Origin: Bugula neritina
Taxonomy: Eukaryota; Animalia; Bryozoa
Direction of reading: 5' to 3'
Length of the DNA: 64,000 nt
NCBI GenBank assembly: GCA_964035545.1
Contig: CAXIUT010000230.1
Location: forward strand, 1,116,001 to 1,180,000
The notes below the pieces were generated by a model. The model saw only the letters and a list, made by a program, of their open reading frames with translations. It had not been told where the DNA came from and ran no database searches. Positions 31,390-46,505 of this stretch are shown piece by piece (the first letter of the stretch is position 1; each line of letters begins with the position of its first letter). The translations under genes were made by a program, and so were the position numbers.

Positions 31390-34300
31390 CACTGTGACAC
31401 ACTGAAATACACTGCAACATACTGCAAGATACCGCAACCTACTGAAATACACTGTAACATATTGAAATGCACTGCATCATACTGCAACATACTGCAACAT
31501 ACTAAAATACACTGCAACACATTAAAATATACTGCAACATACTGAAACATACTGCAACATACTGAAATACACTGTGACATACTGAAATACACTGCAACAT
31601 ACTGCAAGATACCGCAACCTACTGAAATACACTGTAACATATTGAAATACACTGCATCATACTGCAACATACTGAATTACACTGGAACATATTGATTTAC
31701 ACTGCAACACATTGAAATATACTGCAACACACTGAAACATACGGCAATATACCAAAATATACTGCGACACCTTGAAAAATACTGCAACATACGAAATATA
31801 CTGCAAGTGGTGGAACATACTGAAATACAATTTGACACACTGGAATACACTGCAACATACTGCAACATACTGCAACATACTGAAATACACTGTAACATAT
31901 TGAATTACACTGCATCATACTGCAACACACTGAAAAAACACTGGAACATATTGATATGCACTGCAACTCATTGAAATATACTGCAACACACTGCAACATA
32001 CGGCAGCATACCGAAATATACTGCGACACCTTGAAAAATACTGCAACATACTGAAATATACCGCAAGTGGTGCAACATACTGAATTACACTCTAACATAC
32101 TGAAATATGCTGTAGCATACTGAAATACACTGCAACACACTGAAGTATACTGTAATACACTGAAATGTAATGCAACATACTGAATTATACTGCAACATAG
32201 TGCAACATACTGAAATACACTGTGACACACTGAAATACACTGAAACATAATGCAACATACTGCAACATACTGAAATACACTGTAACATATCGAAATACAC
32301 TGCAACATACTGCAACATACTGCAACATACTGAAATACACCGTAACATATCGAAATACACTGCAACATACTGCAACATACTGAAATGCACCGGAACATAA
32401 TGGAATACCCTGCAACAGATTGAAATATACTGCAACAGACTGAAACATAAGGTAACACAATGAAGTATACTGCGACACATTAAAATATACTGCAACATAC
32501 TGAAATATACTGCAACATACTGAAATGTAATGTATTATACAGAAATGTACTGTAACATACTGAATTACACTCTAACATACTGAAACATGCTGTAGCATAC
32601 TGAAATACACTGCAACACACTGAAGTATACTGTAATACACTGAAATGTGATGCAACATACTGAATTATACTGCAACAAACTGCAACATACTGAAATACAC
32701 TGTGACACACTGAAATACACTGCAACATACTGCAACATACTGCAACATACTAAAATACACTGCAAGACATTAAAATATACTGCAACATACTGAAACATAC
32801 TGCAACATACTGAAATATACTGCAACACACTGAAACATACGGCAACATACCGAAATAAACTGCAACACGTTGAAAATTATTTAAACATACTGAAATATAC
32901 TGCGACGCCTTAAAATATACTGCAACATACTGAAATAGACTGCAAGTGGTGCAACATACTGAAATACACTGTGACACACTGAAATACACTGCAACATACT
33001 GAAATACACTGGGATACATTGAAATATACTGTAACATACTGCAACATACTAAAATACACTGCAACACATTAAAATATACTGCAACATACTGAAACATACT
33101 GCAACATACTGAAATACACTGTGACACACTGAAATACACTGCAACATACTGCAACACACTGCAACATACTGAATTACACTGGAACATGTTGATATACACT
33201 GCAACACATTGAAATATACTGCAACACACTGAACCATATGGCAACATACCAAAATTTACTGCGACACACTGAAAAATACAGCAACATACGAATTATACTT
33301 CAAGTGGTGACACATACTGAAATACAATGTGACACACTGAAATACACTGCAACATACTGCAACATACTGCAACATACTAAAATACACTGCAACACATTAA
33401 AACATACTGCAACATACTGAAACATACTGCAACATACTGAAATACACTGTGACACACTGCAATACACTGCAACATACTGCAACATACTGCAACATACTGC
33501 AACATACTGAATTACACTGGAACATATCGATATACACTGCAACACATTGAAATATACTGCAACACACTGAACCATATGGCAACATACCAAAATTTACTGC
33601 GACACACTGAAAAATACAGCAACATACGAATTATACTTCAAGTGGTGCAACATACTGAAATACAATGTGACACACTGAAATACACTGCAACATACTGCAA
33701 CATACTGCAACATACTAAAATACACTGCAACACATTAAAATATACTGCAACATACTGAAACATACTGCAACATACTGAAATACACTGTGATACACTGAAA
33801 TACACTGCAACATACTGCAAGATACCGCAACCTACTGAAATACACTGTAACATATTGAAATGCACTGCATCATACTGCAACATACTGCAACATACTAAAA
33901 TACACTGCAACACATTAAAATATACTGCAACATACTGAAACATACTGCAACATACTGAAATACACTGTGACACACTGAAATACACTGCAACATACTGCAA
34001 CATACTGCAACATACTGCAACATACTGAATTACACTGGAACATATCGATATACACTGCAACACATTGAAATATACTGCAACACACTGAACCATATGGCAA
34101 CATACCAAAATTTACTGCGACACACTGAAAAATACAGCAACATACGAATTATACTTCAAGTGGTGCAACATACTGAAATACAATGTGACACACTGAAATA
34201 CACTGCAACATACTGCAACATACTGCAACATACTAAAATACACTGCAACACATTAAAATATACTGCAACATACTGAAACATACTGCAACATACTGAAATA

Positions 34301-36725
34301 CACTGTGACACACTGAAATACACTGCAACATACTGCAAGATACCGCAACCTACTGAAATACACTGTAACATATTGAAATGCACTGCATCATACTGCAACA
34401 TACTGCAACATACTAAAATACACTGCAACACATTAAAATATACTGCAACATACTGAAACATACTGCAACATACTGAAATACACTGTGACATACTGAAATA
34501 CACTGCAACATACTGCAAGATACCGCAACCTACTGAAATACACTGTAACATATTGAAATACACTGCATCATACTGCAACATACTGAATTACACTGGAACA
34601 TATTGATTTACACTGCAACACATTGAAATATACTGCAACACACTGAAACATACGGCAATATACCAAAATATACTGCGACACCTTGAAAAATACTGCAACA
34701 TACGAAATATACTGCAAGTGGTGGAACATACTGAAATACAATTTGACACACTGGAATACACTGCAACATACTGCAACATACTGCAACATACTGAAATACA
34801 CTGTAACATATTGAATTACACTGCATCATACTGCAACACACTGAAAAAACACTGGAACATATTGATATGCACTGCAACTCATTGAAATATACTGCAACAC
34901 ACTGCAACATACGGCAGCATACCGAAATATACTGCGACACCTTGAAAAATACTGCAACATACTGAAATATACCGCAAGTGGTGCAACATACTGAATTACA
35001 CTCTAACATACTGAAATATGCTGTAGCATACTGAAATACACTGCAACACACTGAAGTATACTGTAATACACTGAAATGTAATGCAACATACTGAATTATA
35101 CTGCAACATAGTGCAACATACTGAAATACACTGTGACACACTGAAATACACTGAAACATAATGCAACGTACTGCAACATACTGAAATACACTGTAACATA
35201 TCGAAATACACTGCAACATACTGCAACATACTGCAACATACTGCAACATACTGCAACATACTGAATTACACTGGAACATATCGATATACACTGCAACACA
35301 TTAAAATATACTGCAACATACTGAAACATACTGCAACATACTGAAATACACTGTGACACACTGAAATACACTGCAACATACTGCAAGATACCGCAACCTA
35401 CTGAAATACACTGTAACATATTGAAATGCACTGCATCATACTGCAACATACTGCAACATACTAAAATACACTGCAACACATTAAAATATACTGCAACATA
35501 CTGAAACATACTGCAACATACTGAAATACACTGTGACATACTGAAATACACTGCAACATACTGCAAGATACCGCAACCTACTGAAATACACTGTAACATA
35601 TTGAAATACACTGCATCATACTGCAACATACTGAATTACACTGGAACATATTGATTTACACTGCAACACATTGAAATATACTGCAACACACTGAAACATA
35701 CGGCAATATACCAAAATATACTGCGACACCTTGAAAAATACTGCAACATACGAAATATACTGCAAGTGGTGGAACATACTGAAATACAATTTGACACACT
35801 GGAATACACTGCAACATACTGCAACATACTGCAACATACTGAAATACACTGTAACATATTGAATTACACTGCATCATACTGCAACACACTGAAAAAACAC
35901 TGGAACATATTGATATGCACTGCAACTCATTGAAATATACTGCAACACACTGCAACATACGGCAGCATACCGAAATATACTGCGACACCTTGAAAAATAC
36001 TGCAACATACTGAAATATACCGCAAGTGGTGCAACATACTGAATTACACTCTAACATACTGAAATATGCTGTAGCATACTGAAATACACTGCAACACACT
36101 GAAGTATACTGTAATACACTGAAATGTAATGCAACATACTGAATTATACTGCAACATAGTGCAACATACTGAAATACACTGTGACACACTGAAATACACT
36201 GAAACATAATGCAACATACTGCAACATACTGAAATACACTGTAACATATCGAAATACACTGCAACATACTGCAACATACTGCAACATACTGAAATACACC
36301 GTAACATATCGAAATACACTGCAACATACTGCAACATACTGAAATGCACCGGAACATAATGGAATACCCTGCAACAGATTGAAATATACTGCAACAGACT
36401 GAAACACAAGGTAACACAATGAAGTATACTGCGACACATTAAAATATACTGCAACATACTGAAATATACTGCAACATACTGAAATGTAATGTATTATACA
36501 GAAATGTACTGTAACATACTGAATTACACTCTAACATACTGAAACATGCTGTAGCATACTGAAATACACTGCAACACACTGAAGTATACTGTAATACACT
36601 GAAATGTGATGCAACATACTGAATTATACTGCAACAAACTGCAACATACTGAAATACACTGTGACACACTGAAATACACTGCAACATACTGCAACATACT
36701 GCAACATACTAAAATACACTGCAAG

Positions 36726-39700
36726 ACATTAAAATATACTGCAACATACTGAAACATACTGCAACATACTGAAATATACTGCAACACACTGAAACATACG
36801 GCAACATACCGAAATAAACTGCAACACGTTGAAAATTATTTAAACATACTGAAATATACTGCGACGCCTTAAAATATACTGCAACATACTGAAATAGACT
36901 GCAAGTGGTGCAACATACTGAAATACACTGTGACACACTGAAATACACTGCAACATACTGAAATACACTGGGATACATTGAAATATACTGTAACATACTG
37001 CAACATACTAAAATACACTGCAACACATTAAAATATACTGCAACATACTGAAACATACTGCAACATACTGAAATACACTGTGACACACTGAAATACACTG
37101 CAACATACTGCAACACACTGCAACATACTGAATTACACTGGAACATGTTGATATACACTGCAACACATTGAAATATACTGCAACACACTGAACCATATGG
37201 CAACATACCAAAATTTACTGCGACACACTGAAAAATACAGCAACATACGAATTATACTTCAAGTGGTGACACATACTGAAATACAATGTGACACACTGAA
37301 ATACACTGCAACATACTGCAACATACTGCAACATACTAAAATACACTGCAACACATTAAAACATACTGCAACATACTGAAACATACTGCAACATACTGAA
37401 ATACACTGTGACACACTGCAATACACTGCAACATACTGCAACATACTGCAACATACTGCAACATACTGAATTACACTGGAACATATCGATATACACTGCA
37501 ACACATTGAAATATACTGCAACACACTGAACCATATGGCAACATACCAAAATTTACTGCGACACACTGAAAAATACAGCAACATACGAATTATACTTCAA
37601 GTGGTGCAACATACTGAAATACAATGTGACACACTGAAATACACTGCAACATACTGCAACATACTGCAACATACTAAAATACACTGCAACACATTAAAAT
37701 ATACTGCAACATACTGAAACATACTGCAACATACTGAAATACACTGTGATACACTGAAATACACTGCAACATACTGCAAGATACCGCAACCTACTGAAAT
37801 ACACTGTAACATATTGAAATGCACTGCATCATACTGCAACATACTGCAACATACTAAAATACACTGCAACACATTAAAATATACTGCAACATACTGAAAC
37901 ATACTGCAACATACTGAAATACACTGTGACATACTGAAATACACTGCAACATACTGCAAGATACCGCAACCTACTGAAATACACTGTAACATATTGAAAT
38001 ACACTGCATCATACTGCAACATACTGAATTACACTGGAACATATTGATTTACACTGCAACACATTGAAATATACTGCAACACACTGAAACATACGGCAAT
38101 ATACCAAAATATACTGCGACACCTTGAAAAATACTGCAACATACGAAATATACTGCAAGTGGTGGAACATACTGAAATACAATGTGACACACTGGAATAC
38201 ACTGCAACATACTGCAACATACTGCAACATACTGAAATACACTGTAACATATTGAATTACACTGCATCATACTGCAACACACTGAAAAAACACTGGAACA
38301 TATTGATATGCACTGCAACTCATTGAAATATACTGCAACACACTGCAACATACGGCAGCATACCGAAATATACTGCGACACCTTGAAAAATACTGCAACA
38401 TACTGAAATATACCGCAAGTGGTGCAACATACTGAATTACACTCTAACATACTGAAATATGCTGTAGCATACTGAAATACACTGCAACACACTGAAGTAT
38501 ACTGTAATACACTGAAATGTAATGCAACATACTGAATTATACTGCAACATAGTGCAACATACTGAAATACACTGTGACACACTGAAATACACTGAAACAT
38601 AATGCAACATACTGCAACATACTGAAATACACTGTAACATATCGAAATACACTGCAACATACTGCAACATACTGCAACATACTGAAATACACCGTAACAT
38701 ATCGAAATACACTGCAACATACTGCAACATACTGAAATGCACCGGAACATAATGGAATACCCTGCAACAGATTGAAATATACTGCAACAGACTGAAACAT
38801 AAGGTAACACAATGAAGTATACTGCGATACATTAAAATATACTGCAACATACTGAAATATACTGCAACATACTGAAATGTAATGTATTATACAGAAATGT
38901 ACTGTAACATACTGAATTACACTCTAACATACTGAAACATGCTGTAGCATACTGAAATACACTGCAACACACTGAAGTATACTGTAATACACTGAAATGT
39001 GATGCAACATACTGAATTATACTGCAACAAACTGCAACATACTGAAATACACTGTGACACACTGAAATACACTGCAACATACTGCAACATACTGCAACAT
39101 ACTAAAATACACTGCAAGACATTAAAATATACTGCAACATACTGAAACATACTGCAACATACTGAAATATACTGCAAAACACTGAAACATACGGCAAAAT
39201 ACCGAAATAAACTGCAACACGTTGAAAATTATTTAAACATACTGAAATATACTGCGACGCCTTAAAATATACTGCAACATACTGAAATAGACTGCAAGTG
39301 GTGCAACATACTGAAATACAATGTGACACACTGAAATACACTGCAACATACTGAAATACACTGGGATACATTGAAATATACTGTAACATACTGCAACATA
39401 CTAAAATACACTGCAACACATTAAAATATACTGCAACATACTGAAACATACTGCAACATACTGAAATACACTGTGACACACTGAAATACACTGCAACATA
39501 CTGCAACACACTGCAACATACTGAATTACACTGGAACATGTTGATATACACTGCAACACATTGAAATATACTGCAACACACTGAACCATATGGCAACATA
39601 CCGAAATTTACTGCGACACACTGAAAAATACAGCAACATACGAATTATACTTCAAGTGGTGACACATACTGAAATACAATGTGACACACTGAAATACACT

Positions 39701-42700
39701 GCAACATACTGCAACATACTGCAACATACTAAAATACACTGCAACACATTAAAACATACTGCAACATACTGAAACATACTGCAACATACTGAAATACACT
39801 GTGACACACTGCAATACACTGCAACATACTGCAACATACTGCAACATACTGCAACATACTGAATTACACTGGAACATATCGATATACACTGCAACACATT
39901 AAAATATACTGCAACACACTGAACCATATGGCAACATACCAAAATTTACTGCGACACACTGAAAAATACAGCAACATACGAATTATACTTCAAGTGGTGC
40001 AACATACTGAAATACAATGTGACACACTGAAATACACTGCAACATACTGCAACATACTGCAACATACTAAAATACACTGCAACACATTAAAATATACTGC
40101 AACATACTGAAACATACTGCAACATACTGAAATACACTGTGACACACTGAAATACACTGCAACATACTGCAAGATACCGCAACCTACTGAAATATACTGT
40201 AACATATTGAAATGCACTGCATCATACTGCAACATACTGCAACATACTAAAATACACTGCAACACATTAAAATATACTGCAACATACTGAAACATACTGC
40301 AACATACTGAAATACACTGTGACATACTGAAATACACTGCAACATACTGCAAGATACCGCAACCTACTGAAATACACTGTAACATATTGAAATACACTGC
40401 ATCATACTGCAACATACTGAATTACACTGGAACATATTGATTTACACTGCAACACATTGAAATATACTGCAACACACTGAAACATACGGCAATATACCAA
40501 AATATACTGCGACACCTTGAAAAATACTGCAACATACGAAATATACTGCAAGTGGTGGAACATATTGAAATACAATGTGACACACTGGAATACACTGCAA
40601 CATACTGCAACATACTGCAACATACTGAAATACACTGTAACATATTGAATTACACTGCATCATACTGCAACACACTGAAAAACACTGGAACATATTGATA
40701 TGCACTGCAACTCATTGAAATATACTGCAACACACTGCAACATACGGCAGCATACCGAAATATACTGCGACACCTTGAAAAATACTGCAACATACTGAAA
40801 TATACTGCAAGTGGTGCAACATACTGAATTACACTCTAACATACTGAAATATGCTGTAGCATACTGAAATACACTGCAACACACTGAAGTATACTGTAAT
40901 ACACTGAAATGTAATGCAACATACTGAATTATACTGCAACATAGTGCAACATACTGAAATACACTGTGACACACTGAAATACACTGAAACATAATGCAAC
41001 ATACTGCAACATACTGAAATACACTGTAACATATCGAAATACACTGCAACATACTGCAACATACTGCAACATACTGAAATACACCGTAACATATCGAAAT
41101 ACACTGCAACATACTGCAACATACTGAAATGCACCGGAACATAATGGAATACCCTGCAACAGATTGAAATATACTGCGACAGACTGAAACATAAGGTAAC
41201 GCAATGAAGTATACTGCGACACATTAAAATATACTGCAACATACTGAAATATACTGCAACATACTGAAATGTAATGTAATATACAGAAATGTACTGTAAC
41301 ATACTGAATTACACTCTAACATACTGAAACATGCTGTAGCATACTGAAATACACTGCAACACACTGAAGTATACTGTAATACACTGAAATGTGATGCAAC
41401 ATACTGAATTATACTGCAACATAGTGCAACATACTGAAATACACTACAACAAACTGCAACATACTGAAATACACTGGAACATATTGAAATACACTGCGAC
41501 ACATTGAAACATACTGCAACATACTGAAATACACTGGGACACATTGAAATATACTGTAACATACTGTAACATAATAAAATACACTGCAACACATTAAAAT
41601 ATACTGCAACATACTGAAACATACTGCAACATACTGAAATATACTGCAACACACTGAAACATACGGCAACATACCGAAATAAACTGCAACACGTTGAAAA
41701 TTATTTAAACATACTGAAATATACTGCGACGCCTTAAAATATACTGCAACATACTGAAATAGACTGCAAGTGGTGCAACATACTGAAATACACTGTGACA
41801 CACTGAAATACACTGCAACATACTGAAATACACTGGGATACATTGAAATATACTGTAACATACTGCAACATACTAAAATACACTGCAACACATTAAAATA
41901 TACTGCAACATACTGAAACATACTGCAACATACTGAAATACACTGTGACACACTGAAATACACTGCAACATACTGCAACACACTGCAACATACTGAATTA
42001 CACTGGAACATGTTGATATACACTGCAACACATTGAAATATACTGCAACACACTGAACCATATGGCAACATACCAAAATTTACTGCGACACACTGAAAAA
42101 TACAGCAACATACGAATTATACTTCAAGTGGTGACACATACTGAAATACAATGTGACACACTGAAATACACTGCAACATACTGCAACATACTGCAACATA
42201 CTAAAATACACTGCAACACATTAAAACATACTGCAACATACTGAAACATACTGCAACATACTGAAATACACTGTGACACACTGCAATACACTGCAACATA
42301 CTGCAACATACTGCAACATACTGCAACATACTGAATTACACTGGAACATATCGATATACACTGCAACACATTGAAATATACTGCAACACACTGAACCATA
42401 TGGCAACATACCAAAATTTACTGCGACACACTGAAAAATACAGCAACATACGAATTATACTTCAAGTGGTGCAACATACTGAAATACAATGTGACACACT
42501 GAAATACACTGCAACATACTGCAACATACTGCAACATACTAAAATACACTGCAACACATTAAAATATACTGCAACATACTGAAACATACTGCAACATACT
42601 GAAATACACTGTGATACACTGAAATACACTGCAACATACTGCAAGATACCGCAACCTACTGAAATACACTGTAACATATTGAAATGCACTGCATCATACT

Positions 42701-45700
42701 GCAACATACTGCAACATACTAAAATACACTGCAACACATTAAAATATACTGCAACATACTGAAACATACTGCAACATACTGAAATACACTGTGACATACT
42801 GAAATACACTGCAACATACTGCAAGATACCGCAACCTACTGAAATACACTGTAACATATTGAAATACACTGCATCATACTGCAACATACTGAATTACACT
42901 GGAACATATTGATTTACACTGCAACACATTGAAATATACTGCAACACACTGAAACATACGGCAATATACCAAAATATACTGCGACACCTTGAAAAATACT
43001 GCAACATACGAAATATACTGCAAGTGGTGGAACATACTGAAATACAATGTGACACACTGGAATACACTGCAACATACTGCAACATACTGCAACATACTGA
43101 AATACACTGTAACATATTGAATTACACTGCATCATACTGCAACACACTGAAAAAACACTGGAACATATTGATATGCACTGCAACTCATTGAAATATACTG
43201 CAACACACTGCAACATACGGCAGCATACCGAAATATACTGCGACACCTTGAAAAATACTGCAACATACTGAAATATACCGCAAGTGGTGCAACATACTGA
43301 ATTACACTCTAACATACTGAAATATGCTGTAGCATACTGAAATACACTGCAACACACTGAAGTATACTGTAATACACTGAAATGTAATGCAACATACTGA
43401 ATTATACTGCAACATAGTGCAACATACTGAAATACACTGTGACACACTGAAATACACTGAAACATAATGCAACATACTGCAACATACTGAAATACACTGT
43501 AACATATCGAAATACACTGCAACATACTGCAACATACTGCAACATACTGAAATACACCGTAACATATCGAAATACACTGCAACATACTGCAACATACTGA
43601 AATGCACCGGAACATAATGGAATACCCTGCAACAGATTGAAATATACTGCAACAGACTGAAACATAAGGTAACACAATGAAGTATACTGCGATACATTAA
43701 AATATACTGCAACATACTGAAATATACTGCAACATACTGAAATGTAATGTATTATACAGAAATGTACTGTAACATACTGAATTACACTCTAACATACTGA
43801 AACATGCTGTAGCATACTGAAATACACTGCAACACACTGAAGTATACTGTAATACACTGAAATGTGATGCAACATACTGAATTATACTGCAACAAACTGC
43901 AACATACTGAAATACACTGTGACACACTGAAATACACTGCAACATACTGCAACATACTGCAACATACTAAAATACACTGCAAGACATTAAAATATACTGC
44001 AACATACTGAAACATACTGCAACATACTGAAATATACTGCAAAACACTGAAACATACGGCAAAATACCGAAATAAACTGCAACACGTTGAAAATTATTTA
44101 AACATACTGAAATATACTGCGACGCCTTAAAATATACTGCAACATACTGAAATAGACTGCAAGTGGTGCAACATACTGAAATACAATGTGACACACTGAA
44201 ATACACTGCAACATACTGAAATACACTGGGATACATTGAAATATACTGTAACATACTGCAACATACTAAAATACACTGCAACACATTAAAATATACTGCA
44301 ACATACTGAAACATACTGCAACATACTGAAATACACTGTGACACACTGAAATACACTGCAACATACTGCAACACACTGCAACATACTGAATTACACTGGA
44401 ACATGTTGATATACACTGCAACACATTGAAATATACTGCAACACACTGAACCATATGGCAACATACCGAAATTTACTGCGACACACTGAAAAATACAGCA
44501 ACATACGAATTATACTTCAAGTGGTGACACATACTGAAATACAATGTGACACACTGAAATACACTGCAACATACTGCAACATACTGCAACATACTAAAAT
44601 ACACTGCAACACATTAAAACATACTGCAACATACTGAAACATACTGCAACATACTGAAATACACTGTGACACACTGCAATACACTGCAACATACTGCAAC
44701 ATACTGCAACATACTGCAACATACTGAATTACACTGGAACATATCGATATACACTGCAACACATTGAAATATACTGCAACACACTGAACCATATGGCAAC
44801 ATACCAAAATTTACTGCGACACACTGAAAAATACAGCAACATACGAATTATACTTCAAGTGGTGCAACATACTGAAATACAATGTGACACACTGAAATAC
44901 ACTGCAACATACTGCAACATACTGCAACATACTAAAATACACTGCAACACATTAAAATATACTGCAACATACTGAAACATACTGCAACATACTGAAATAC
45001 ACTGTGACACACTGAAATACACTGCAACATACTGCAAGATACCGCAACCTACTGAAATATACTGTAACATATTGAAATGCACTGCATCATACTGCAACAT
45101 ACTGCAACATACTAAAATACACTGCAACACATTAAAATATACTGCAACATACTGAAACATACTGCAACATACTGAAATACACTGTGACATACTGAAATAC
45201 ACTGCAACATACTGCAAGATACCGCAACCTACTGAAATACACTGTAACATATTGAAATACACTGCATCATACTGCAACATACTGAATTACACTGGAACAT
45301 ATTGATTTACACTGCAACACATTGAAATATACTGCAACACACTGAAACATACGGCAATATACCAAAATATACTGCGACACCTTGAAAAATACTGCAACAT
45401 ACGAAATATACTGCAAGTGGTGGAACATACTGAAATACAATGTGACACACTGGAATACACTGCAACATACTGCAACATACTGCAACATACTGAAATACAC
45501 TGTAACATATTGAATTACACTGCATCATACTGCAACACACTGAAAAACACTGGAACATATTGATATGCACTGCAACTCATTGAAATATACTGCAACACAC
45601 TGCAACATACGGCAGCATACCGAAATATACTGCGACACCTTGAAAAATACTGCAACATACTGAAATATACTGCAAGTGGTGCAACATACTGAATTACACT

Positions 45701-46505
45701 CTAACATACTGAAATATGCTGTAGCATACTGAAATACACTGCAACACACTGAAGTATACTGTAATACGCTGAAATGTAATGCAACATACTGAATTATACT
45801 GCAACATAGTGCAACATACTGAAATACACTGTGACACACTGAAATACACTGAAACATAATGCAACATACTGCAACATACTGAAATACACTGTAACATATC
45901 GAAATACACTGCAACATACTGCAACATACTGCAACATACTGAAATACACCGTAACATATCGAAATACACTGCAACATACTGCAACATACTGAAATGCACC
46001 GGAACATAATGGAATACCCTGCAACAGATTGAAATATACTGCGACAGACTGAAACATAAGGTAACGCAATGAAGTATACTGCGACACATTAAAATATACT
46101 GCAACATACTGAAATATACTGCAACATACTGAAATGTAATGTAATATACAGAAATGTACTGTAACATACTGAATTACACTCTAACATACTGAAACATGCT
46201 GTAGCATACTGAAATACACTGCAACACACTGAAGTATACTGTAATACACTGAAATGTGATGCAACATACTGAATTATACTGCAACATAGTGCAACATACT
46301 GAAATACACTACAACAAACTGCAACATACTGAAATACACTGGAACATATTGAAATACACTGCGACACATTGAAACATACTGCAACATACTGAAATACACT
46401 GGGACACATTGAAATATACTGTAACATACTGTAACATAATAAAATACACTGCAACACATTAAAATATACTGCAACATACTGAAACATACTGCAACATACC
46501 GAAAT
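36726..46505 (+). repeat. 4865-bp tandem duplication spanning the right core/flank boundary, junction at ~41590-41640
   Basis: Landmarks 37197/42062, 39590/44455 and 39928/44793. Shared rare alleles ACTGCAAAAC...ACGGCAAAAT (39171/44036) and GTAACGCAAT (G at 41201/46066). Confidence 0.9.

Larger units (their letters stand above)
12600..39170 (+). repeat. ~10.2-10.5 kb tandem duplication, seen at offsets 10219 and 16090/16360 because of the nested 5.87-kb duplication
   Basis: Offset 10219: 13011/23230, 15093/25312. Offset 16090: 13011/29101, 18004/34094. Offset 16360: 20837/37197, 22468/38828. A unique junction TCGATATACACTGCAACACATTAAAATATACTGCAACATAC is shared at ~19181 and ~35281. Confidence 0.85.
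10900..45500 (+). repeat. Homogeneous central HOR domain (2393-bp basic HOR and derivatives)
   Basis: The CCATATGG landmark recurs at stereotyped spacings of 338, 518, 1226 and 2055 bp. Core-enriched alleles are CCAAAATTT, GGGATAC, GAAAAAACAC (6 A), AAGTGGTGACAC, TACCGCAAG and CAATTTGAC. Private substitutions are very rare. Confidence 0.9.
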
